Source: an uncultured virus (IMG/VR IMGVR_UViG_3300046170_000408) (lineage: Duplodnaviria; Heunggongvirae; Uroviricota; Caudoviricetes). Taken from it: 57,799 nt of DNA. The notes beneath the pieces were generated by a model that was given only the letters and a program-made list of their open reading frames with translations, was not told where the DNA came from and made no database searches. Within the stretch, counting starts at the first letter, position 1. The number at the start of each line of letters is the position of its first letter. The translations under genes and the position numbers were made by a program. The stretch lies in IMG/VR virus record IMGVR_UViG_3300046170_000408, one strand, 5' to 3'. This document shows positions 50,649 to 57,799 of this stretch, in pieces.

Positions 50649-51932
50649 TTAGGGTAATTTCAAGAACACTTTCATAGAGTCCTCGTCAATTCTAGTGATT
50701 TGGACATCAATAGCATCACCAGATGAATAATTATCTAAACTATCTTTAGGAAGTTCACTAATATGCAATAACCCTGTTACGCCCTCTTCGATATTTACAA
50801 AGACACCGTACTCTTTTTTAGTTTTGACTTTAGCAGTTACAATAGATGGTATTTGATACCTAGTATTAATATTAATCCATGGATTAACAGTAGTAACTTC
50901 TTTTTGAGTTAATGTAATTTTAGTATTACTAATAATATCTTTTACAAAAAAGTTAACAGGATCTCCTGGTTTAATATCTCTAGACTTAAACTTAGCTAAT
51001 GTATCTGCATCTAATTCATTAGAGTGAATCATACCTGTTAGGCATTTATCAAATTCTACAAATACACCATATTTTGCAGTTCCAGTTACTAGACCTGATT
51101 TCTGTTCTCCGATATTATTCTTAAGATCTGTAATTGCACCTGGAATTAAAGCTTGTAAATATTTTCTATGTGATACTACAATCGTACCTCTATCTGGAGA
51201 GAAGCTAACTGGTACAACATAAATTTCTTCACCAACGATAGAACTAAAATCAGATAACTTATTAATACCTGCAAGTGAACCTGGCATAAAGCAATCAATA
51301 CCTTGTACTTTTACAATATAGCCTCCATTTTCAATCATGTTCTTAACAGTACCTATCCAAGCAGTATTACCCTCTTCAATAGAATCTCTAAGATCCATGA
51401 ATGTTTTTTGTTTAACTCCACCTGTAATTGAACCAGATAATGTACCTTTAGTTTCAGTAATTAATACTGCAGTTTCATCACCAGGTATCATCATTCTAAC
51501 CTCTTCAGACTCCTTTGAAGCCTTTACATATACAGATTCTCTATATCCAATATCAACAGTAATCCACTCTTGGTCCATTGCATAAATAACACCTGTATGA
51601 ATTTCTCCAATATTTAAACTTGGTTTAATTTCAGGGCTATGTTCACTAAGAATATCATATAGCTCTTGTGCATAAGGTTCTCTTGAATAGACCTTATCAC
51701 CATGTTTTGTCTTAATATGTGGATTGGGTTTTCGAGTTCGAGTAACACACGTAGCTTCGTATGCGTCCCATAAGAATTCTCCTGCTTCATTGTAGAATTC
51801 TGCATGTGGATCTTGAGTTTCCTCTTTTACTTCTTTTACTTCTTCTTGTTTTGGCTTTTGAATAGTTTCAACTAATTCAATTGTGTTGCCTTCTTGTGGT
51901 GCAGAAATTCTGCGTCTTTTTTTATCTGACAT
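50649..51932 (-). CDS. rpsA: Ribosomal protein S1 homologue (four S1 domains)
   Basis: 'ITVDIGYR', 'GGYIVKVQGIDCFMPGS', 'YGVFVEF...GMIHSNEL', 'YGVFVNIEEGVTGLLHISEL'; also 'TIVVSHRK'. Confidence 0.88.
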   Translation of the reverse strand: MSDKKRRRISAPQEGNTIELVETIQKPKQEEVKEVKEETQDPHAEFYNEAGEFLWDAYEATCVTRTRKPNPHIKTKHGDKVYSREPYAQELYDILSEHSPEIKPSLNIGEIHTGVIYAMDQEWITVDIGYRESVYVKASKESEEVRMMIPGDETAVLITETKGTLSGSITGGVKQKTFMDLRDSIEEGNTAWIGTVKNMIENGGYIVKVQGIDCFMPGSLAGINKLSDFSSIVGEEIYVVPVSFSPDRGTIVVSHRKYLQALIPGAITDLKNNIGEQKSGLVTGTAKYGVFVEFDKCLTGMIHSNELDADTLAKFKSRDIKPGDPVNFFVKDIISNTKITLTQKEVTTVNPWININTRYQIPSIVTAKVKTKKEYGVFVNIEEGVTGLLHISELPKDSLDNYSSGDAIDVQITRIDEDSMKVFLKLP

Positions 51933-51961
51933 TTATTTTTTAGATTAACAGTGTAACATAT

Positions 51962-51969
51962 TATATATC
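51962..51969 (-). promoter_or_regulatory. Putative late promoter GATATATA
   Basis: About 30 nt upstream of the S1 start codon. Confidence 0.6.
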
Positions 51970-52343
51970 TACTTAAGTATTCTTTTTATCCAAGCATAAT
52001 GTTTTCTATTACTTAGGTAACTTAAGTTATCATCATTATCATAGGCCTCCCTTTCAAAGGAGATATTATAGTAGGCTTTTTGTGCTGATTTATATATTGG
52101 TATTTTAATAGCCCACTCCAAAACATACCATATATAAAACGGTATTATCAACAGCTCCTCTTGTTGTTTAATATGAATAGTCTCGTGATTAATTATTCTA
52201 GCTGCCTTTCTTCTCCATGGCGGAGTCGAATTGTAAATCTCTCTTAAGATAACATACGGCCAAAGGGTAATACCACCGATCCTCATAAATAGACCTATAC
52301 GGTCTAAAAATTTATCATTATATTTAACAATAGGTGTTTTCAT
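51969..52343 (-). CDS. Small membrane-associated HExxH protein
   Basis: 'GITLWPY', 'INHETIHIKQ', 'YYNISFEREAY'. Confidence 0.75.
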   Translation of the reverse strand: MKTPIVKYNDKFLDRIGLFMRIGGITLWPYVILREIYNSTPPWRRKAARIINHETIHIKQQEELLIIPFYIWYVLEWAIKIPIYKSAQKAYYNISFEREAYDNDDNLSYLSNRKHYAWIKRILK

Positions 52344-52355
52344 AATTTATATATT

Positions 52356-52853
52356 CTATTTACAAATCTCAGCCCTGGGTATAAATAACTTATGTGTTAA
52401 TTCTTCAGCGTGTTGCTCCCAAGGTCTATCTCCCCATGGTTGGTCCCACGTAGACCTTTGACCTCTCCATGTAACTAGGCCAAATCCTTCTTTTAATAAA
52501 CCCTTTTCAAATTGATAAACATGTACGAGTTCATGAAAGAATGTTCTCTCTAATCTCTCTAACGTATATCTACTATTTAATTGAATTAGATAAATGTTAG
52601 GTAATATTTCTGTAGTTAGTCCAATAATCCTAAAATCTAATGGGGCCATTTCTGTTTTAATCACCGGTGATATAAGCGGTGGATTTCGTAACAAGGAATC
52701 TCTTAAAAACTTTTTTGAACTTTCATTATTAATAACCTCTGCTACAGTAGGTCTTTTGATAATTGAAATATTAATGCGCTCAGGTTTATTATCTTCTGCA
52801 ATCTGAGCTGCAAAGAGGTAAAATACTAACAGAAAGATGAATCTTTTAAGGAT
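52356..52853 (-). CDS. HExxH zinc metallopeptidase-like protein with probable N-terminal signal/TM; start uncertain
   Basis: 'FFHELVHVYQ' and 'PWEQHA'; the frame stays open upstream of the TTG at 52694 to 'ILKRFIFLLVFYLFAAQIAE' but has no ATG. Confidence 0.6.
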   Translation of the reverse strand: MLKRFIFLLVFYLFAAQIAEDNKPERINISIIKRPTVAEVINNESSKKFLRDSLLRNPPLISPVIKTEMAPLDFRIIGLTTEILPNIYLIQLNSRYTLERLERTFFHELVHVYQFEKGLLKEGFGLVTWRGQRSTWDQPWGDRPWEQHAEELTHKLFIPRAEICK

Positions 52854-52908
52854 AATGTTAGGATTTGATTGTTATTATATGTATCTGCAAAAAACTTTGC
52901 CATTTTAG

Positions 52909-52966
52909 ACAAAATAATTGCCTCTAGATTTTTTTATGTCAATTATTTTTCGTATATTAGTACTGT
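52909..52966 (+). promoter_or_regulatory. 58-bp early-promoter cassette, copy 2
   Basis: Near-identical to 20802..20859; identity extends through 'aattaaaaac'. Confidence 0.75.
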
Positions 52967-52987
52967 AATTAAAAACAAACAATAACT

Positions 52988-53461
52988 ATGTATATTAAAG
53001 AACACGAAGGATTTAGCGGGGAAACAGTTTACTCGATCGAACAGAAAATTGGTAATAAGATGCACAAATTCCATACAAGCGAATATGGCTTTAAATGGGA
53101 TGTGGAATATGACTATAGGGTCGTTACGAAATGTGTAGCTGGTTGGATGACTATATCAGAAGGTAAATCAACTCTTAAAGCCCTAGTTAATAGGTATAAG
53201 AAGAATGCCCTACAGACGATCGAACTTAAGTCTACTCACCCAGGGTCAGACACTTATTTAACAGCCCTAGCGCTTAAAGCCAATAAGTTCGCCACAGTGG
53301 CAAACTGTATCTTGGAGAACATAACTATAGGTACTATCCATAGTAGCTTCCCAAAGATGGCCGATCATGGTCACTGGAAAAACATTGGTTCTAAAACTTG
53401 GGCCGATAACGCTTACAAATTAGAAGACTCTTTTAAAAATATAACTTTAGTAGAAGCATAA
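52988..53461 (+). CDS. Hypothetical early protein
   Basis: 157-aa ORF behind the promoter cassette. Confidence 0.8.
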   Translation: MYIKEHEGFSGETVYSIEQKIGNKMHKFHTSEYGFKWDVEYDYRVVTKCVAGWMTISEGKSTLKALVNRYKKNALQTIELKSTHPGSDTYLTALALKANKFATVANCILENITIGTIHSSFPKMADHGHWKNIGSKTWADNAYKLEDSFKNITLVEA

Positions 53462-53871
53462 TGGAACAATTTAACTATAAAGAAATCAAATGTAACGGTG
53501 TTGGTGGCTCGGGCTACCAAGCCGTTCTTAAACACAAAGATCAAATCCAATCTATTTGTCAAGAGGTTAGAGACTTACTCGGCGATAAACTCTGGGATAA
53601 AATGATTAAGCAGGCATCTGAAGTAGATACTTACACTGAATATCATTCGGGTCGTAGATACAACAGCGTAGAAGATAATGCTTATAGATTGGTTACTGGG
53701 ATTGCAAGACAAGTATCTTCTTACCTTAACGATGATTTGCTAATTGAGATGCACGTAGGAGCCATTCTAGACAACCTAACTATTGACGAAAAGGTTTATA
53801 TGGTTCTCGATGCTCTTCGCGACTGTGCGTCTGCAGACCATTGGTATACTTTCGAAAAGGACTGGGGTTAA
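53461..53871 (+). CDS. Hypothetical early protein
   Basis: 136-aa ORF with TAATG coupling; its stop shares TTAA with the convergent gene. Confidence 0.8.
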   Translation: MEQFNYKEIKCNGVGGSGYQAVLKHKDQIQSICQEVRDLLGDKLWDKMIKQASEVDTYTEYHSGRRYNSVEDNAYRLVTGIARQVSSYLNDDLLIEMHVGAILDNLTIDEKVYMVLDALRDCASADHWYTFEKDWG

Positions 53872-55742
53872 AATACAATCGGTACAAAACCTACCATTGG
53901 AACTGGTCCGGCAGGAGTTGGAATACCACCAAGATAAAGCAACTTAAATTCTAGTAGATGCAGGGCATAAGCTCCTGCAACTGCTGTACTTACCGCAAAT
54001 GCTGGTGGTTGTGTTGCCGGTAACTTACTAAAAGTCTTACCTGTATTCCAGGCTTTTCTTAGATTATTTGCTAGGCGATTTGCACTACCATAATAAATTG
54101 GAATGTAAATACCTGTTAGAGGTGGAGCGATTAATGCTGGTGGGGCAGAAGGAGTTGGCTTAAACGGTTTAACAATACAAGCATACCAATATGCAATTGT
54201 TACTCTAGCCATCATCATATAAGGATCTCCAGCATAGCCTTTAAAACTACCTTTCCATGGATGATCTACTGCTAATAAATCTTCTTCACATTCTTCAGCC
54301 TTCTTCTTTGCACATTTAGCTCTATGGTATTCAAATTTAAAAAGAGTTCCTTCTGGCTTTGGGTTAATTTCAAAAAAAGCCTTTTGTGAATCTGCCTTTC
54401 TAGAAGCAGCCATTAATTTCGACTTTGGTACTTTTCTCCACTTCTTTTCCCACTCATCTTTTTCATACTTGTTCTTTACCCAGTTTTTAGATTTAATAAA
54501 CTTAGGCGCATTAGTAACTACACCGTCTGCATTTGCGCTAAAATTACCACTTCTTACTCCAGGGTACCAGCTAAAAGTAGCCACTACATTTGAGGTTAAT
54601 ACTTTTGGTCTTTGGCTAGGACTCTCCGGTGGGTAGTGTTCAAAATCATAAGCCACTTGAATTTTATATTCATTTAATGGGCAATCTAATTCATAGGGTA
54701 GAGTAATCGGTCCGGTTGGATCTTTTTTAATTCTATTTCTTAATAATGTAGTATTAAAGAATGTCCATGTATTCTCCTCTTCTTCAGGATGTACTTCATG
54801 AATAGCTTCAATACAAAGAGTACTAACATTATCTACTAATTCCTTCCAATCATAACCAGCATCTTCAATATCATTTCTAGCAGTAGTATTAACATTAGGA
54901 TATGGCATGCCAGACCAACCACCGCCAAATCCACTTGAATTACTATAGTTCTCTGATCCAAGACATGCTAACCAAATATAGAATTCCCATTTAGTATTCT
55001 TGTTTGTAATTCTTTCAAACTGTTGTAATAGTCTAGATGCAAATATCTTTTCTAATTCATCTTGAGTCTCGTTACCACTAATACACGGAAATTGAAAAAA
55101 CTTAAATTTATATAAGTCATATTCGTCTTTAGCTGCATCAACAAATTGATTAAAAGCTTTATCGTTTTCTTTTTCTAATTCTGCTAACGCTTCAGCATCT
55201 GGTTGTTGTACGTCTGGGCAGAAATCAGCATAGGCAGGATGTGATTCTTTACCCATTTGAATCAGATTTCCATCTTCATCATATTGGTCCATTAAGGGTA
55301 AGTCTCCTTCCATTAGAAGTCGTTCAAATGCCCAACCATAACCCTCTTTTAGTAACATTTCTGCAGCACCATTATTAATATGGAATTCTGCTACATGTGT
55401 TTGTGCGTTATTTTTTACAGCCTCAAGATACCTCTCTGCAACTCTAACACCAAAATCATATCTACCAGATTTAGGTGCTGGATTATTTGCATTTACCATT
55501 GTTGCTGGATTAGTCTTAAGTGCTGCATTAGCAGGATTACCTACTTCAGTTATACCACCACCTAAAATAGCCTTACCACCACTAGATACTTGTTTACCTA
55601 ACTGAACATTAGAACCAACTACAGGTTTTGGCATACCAATCATTGTACCATAACCACCTGGTTTAGTAAACTCTTGACTAGCTGCACCATTCATAATGTC
55701 TCCAGCCAGATCAGGAATAAATTTAGGCCACATTGCAGGCAT
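53868..55742 (-). CDS. Putative baseplate spike-associated structural protein
   Basis: Directly downstream of the gp5-like gene; Pro-rich hydrophobic C-terminus 'PTPSAPPALIAPP...GGIPTPAGPVPMVG'. Confidence 0.5.
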   Translation of the reverse strand: MPAMWPKFIPDLAGDIMNGAASQEFTKPGGYGTMIGMPKPVVGSNVQLGKQVSSGGKAILGGGITEVGNPANAALKTNPATMVNANNPAPKSGRYDFGVRVAERYLEAVKNNAQTHVAEFHINNGAAEMLLKEGYGWAFERLLMEGDLPLMDQYDEDGNLIQMGKESHPAYADFCPDVQQPDAEALAELEKENDKAFNQFVDAAKDEYDLYKFKFFQFPCISGNETQDELEKIFASRLLQQFERITNKNTKWEFYIWLACLGSENYSNSSGFGGGWSGMPYPNVNTTARNDIEDAGYDWKELVDNVSTLCIEAIHEVHPEEEENTWTFFNTTLLRNRIKKDPTGPITLPYELDCPLNEYKIQVAYDFEHYPPESPSQRPKVLTSNVVATFSWYPGVRSGNFSANADGVVTNAPKFIKSKNWVKNKYEKDEWEKKWRKVPKSKLMAASRKADSQKAFFEINPKPEGTLFKFEYHRAKCAKKKAEECEEDLLAVDHPWKGSFKGYAGDPYMMMARVTIAYWYACIVKPFKPTPSAPPALIAPPLTGIYIPIYYGSANRLANNLRKAWNTGKTFSKLPATQPPAFAVSTAVAGAYALHLLEFKLLYLGGIPTPAGPVPMVGFVPIVF

Positions 55743-55745
55743 AGC

Positions 55746-56462
55746 TTACTTGTTTCTTTGTTGATAGTTAATATGAGTACTAGATAATTTACCTACAGTT
55801 GTCGGTGTAGGTGGCATCGGAGGACCTGATGGTCCAACGCCAGTTGGATGGATATGCGCATTGTAATCATCTAATAACATTTGTAGCCAATCTTGTAAAG
55901 ACTGACCTCTTACTGCTGGTTCAGTTTCATCTGCTCCAGGCTCACCAGTATTAGATACAAATATATCTCCACAGTCTAAAAAGACTTTAGCATCTGTAGA
56001 AATCTTAATAAAACCTTCTTCATCAATTTGAAGCATAGGCCTCTCTTTCTTACCTTCACCTCTTGTAATGACTAAGCCATCCTCTGGTGAGTGGTAAATT
56101 CTTACGTTACGTTCTGCATCGTAGACTAGGGATATTACGTCATGTGGCGCATCAGATGCTTCTAAGATGTCTCCCTTTAAGTCATCGTTTTGATCTACTT
56201 GAAACCAGTATTCTGGGTGATAGATGTTACCATTATCAAATCTAACTGCAACAATATCACCAACTCTTGGTACGGCATGCGCACCCACCTGATCTCTATT
56301 CATGGGAGTAGCCCATGGAATCTGGTCGTCTGGTAATTTATCAAATTTACCGAATACTTTTACTCGGACTCTACCTTGAAGAAGTGGGTCCTCATTAATA
56401 ACCACTTCACCTAACCAATGAGTCTCGCGTAAATTATCTCTGTAAAGTTCATTATTATTCAT
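55746..56462 (-). CDS. Baseplate central spike (gp5/gpV-like OB-fold) without a lysozyme domain
   Basis: 'EDPLLQGRVRVKVFG...IPWA...VPRVGDIVAVRF'; apex motif 'HIHPTGVGPSGPP'. Confidence 0.85.
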   Translation of the reverse strand: MNNNELYRDNLRETHWLGEVVINEDPLLQGRVRVKVFGKFDKLPDDQIPWATPMNRDQVGAHAVPRVGDIVAVRFDNGNIYHPEYWFQVDQNDDLKGDILEASDAPHDVISLVYDAERNVRIYHSPEDGLVITRGEGKKERPMLQIDEEGFIKISTDAKVFLDCGDIFVSNTGEPGADETEPAVRGQSLQDWLQMLLDDYNAHIHPTGVGPSGPPMPPTPTTVGKLSSTHINYQQRNK

Positions 56463-57798
56463 GTACGTTTTCGTTTATTGGTCCATCTTGATCAGGGGCA
56501 ATTTCATCATATACTTTCTTAGGACTAATATCTCCATCTGGTGTAGAATCAATTGTCATTGGATGAATATTGTCATTAATACCACTACCGCCTGAAGGAC
56601 CTCCCTGATTATTAGGTCCACCAGCTAAAGAACCAGTAATAGCATTAGATACAGCATTTATTAAACCACCATTAATAGCATCTTGTATACTACCTAATCC
56701 TCCGGCTCCATGTACATTATCTAATAATAATCTAGCTGTTACATTTTCTTTTGCTTGGTCAAGTAGTCTACCACCCAAACCACCTAATTGATTACCATGT
56801 ACATTACCAATTCCATTTGGTTGTAGGTTAAATCCATCTGCAGCGTTTTCTACTTGAGCTAAAACTCCTTCTGCAGCATCTTGTATATCATCTTTAATAC
56901 TACCTAAAGTATCTTTTAAAACATCTTTTAAAGTAACAGGTTTTTTCTCAACAATCTCATTTATTTTTTGAGCAGGATTTGCAGGCCCTTTTAATTGTTG
57001 GCTTGATTTTGTAGGAGTAGATTTATCTTCCGATGTATTAAACATATTAGGTCCAAACTTTTGGCTAATTTGTGTACAAGTTCCCCATTGTATTTTAAGG
57101 GTAGGTTTTTTAGCTTCTGGGTTTCTACTTAGATCTGCAAAGTAATCTGCGATAGAGTTAATATCGAATTCACAGTGTGTAAACCTTAAAGCTATAAATG
57201 GTCTAGCATCTGGACTATCACCAACAGTATCACTAGTCCATGGTTGGTGTAATTCGATAGCATCTTGACCAACTTCTCTTTTTCTTAATCTAGAATCTGG
57301 ATTATCTGTAATACCTAAATTTCTAGCATCAGTATCTTTTTGAAAATCTCTAATTTCTGAAATATAAAGGTCGAATGAAAATTCTCTTAAGTTTCTAGGT
57401 ACAACCTCCACATATCTTTCAAAATCAAAACAAGATCTTTTATATAGATCCATTAACCCAATTGCTGTTAGTTCAACATTCTCTTCTAAACACTCAATTT
57501 CCAATACAGGTTTTTCAGCACCTCTCCATGGCTCTTTCATATCGCCATAATTTAATGCAGCCTCTACACCTTTAAGTCCTTGCCAAAACCAAGGCATTTC
57601 TCTATTAACCTTCATTAAAACTCTATTAAAGTTTTTTAGATTTTCAGCATAGGCTTTACCAACATCAGTTCTTACAACTTGAGTTAAATATCGTTCTGCA
57701 GTACCATCGAGTAGGGGAGAGTGTCCCACATCCGAATGATCGAACTGGTGGAAAAGAAACATAAATGAAAGATATGTCGGATCTTCATGAACCGAATT
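56455..57798 (-). CDS. Putative tail/baseplate protein; 5' end lies beyond the window
   Basis: Frame is open to the right edge (NSVHEDPTYLSFMFLF...); low-complexity Gly/Asn-rich C-terminus. Confidence 0.6.
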   Translation of the reverse strand, partial: NSVHEDPTYLSFMFLFHQFDHSDVGHSPLLDGTAERYLTQVVRTDVGKAYAENLKNFNRVLMKVNREMPWFWQGLKGVEAALNYGDMKEPWRGAEKPVLEIECLEENVELTAIGLMDLYKRSCFDFERYVEVVPRNLREFSFDLYISEIRDFQKDTDARNLGITDNPDSRLRKREVGQDAIELHQPWTSDTVGDSPDARPFIALRFTHCEFDINSIADYFADLSRNPEAKKPTLKIQWGTCTQISQKFGPNMFNTSEDKSTPTKSSQQLKGPANPAQKINEIVEKKPVTLKDVLKDTLGSIKDDIQDAAEGVLAQVENAADGFNLQPNGIGNVHGNQLGGLGGRLLDQAKENVTARLLLDNVHGAGGLGSIQDAINGGLINAVSNAITGSLAGGPNNQGGPSGGSGINDNIHPMTIDSTPDGDISPKKVYDEIAPDQDGPINENVHE

Positions 57799-57799
57799 C

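Noticed and set aside
57794..57799. Window ends in GAATTC and begins with ATTC, suggesting an EcoRI fragment or terminal repeat
   Set aside because: Internal GAATTC sites exist (e.g. near 11489), and both ends cut through ORFs; probably coincidence.

Overview
AT-rich fragment of a large T4-like (myovirus-type, probably jumbo) phage genome, with almost all genes on the minus strand. Several independent cues point to a Bacteroidota/Flavobacteria host. From left to right it contains: (i) a family-B DNA polymerase, truncated at the left edge, and a candidate DNA base-hypermodification cluster (dimeric dUTPase/dCTPase, PLP enzyme, aGPT-Pplase-like transferase, SGNH-like protein, DUF6378-like protein, metallophosphoesterase); (ii) about 10 kb of probable capsid-internal proteins with T4 IP-like capsid-targeting N-termini and Glu cleavage sites, including two ligase-fold proteins, one fused to a HIGH nucleotidyltransferase; (iii) a replication/recombination block (UvsW, UvsY, primase, gp32, RuvC-like); (iv) a long tail/baseplate/neck block that also carries an amidoligase and a 4-domain ribosomal protein S1 homologue. 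Two short plus-strand islands share a 58-bp promoter cassette, with a third copy at about 6.3 kb. Three distinct promoter motifs can be read directly from the sequence. Ten single-base +1 frameshifts break nine genes, including essential ones. These are most likely insertion errors in the sequence, so I report the genes as merged CDSs. All family assignments come from motif recognition by eye, not database searches.
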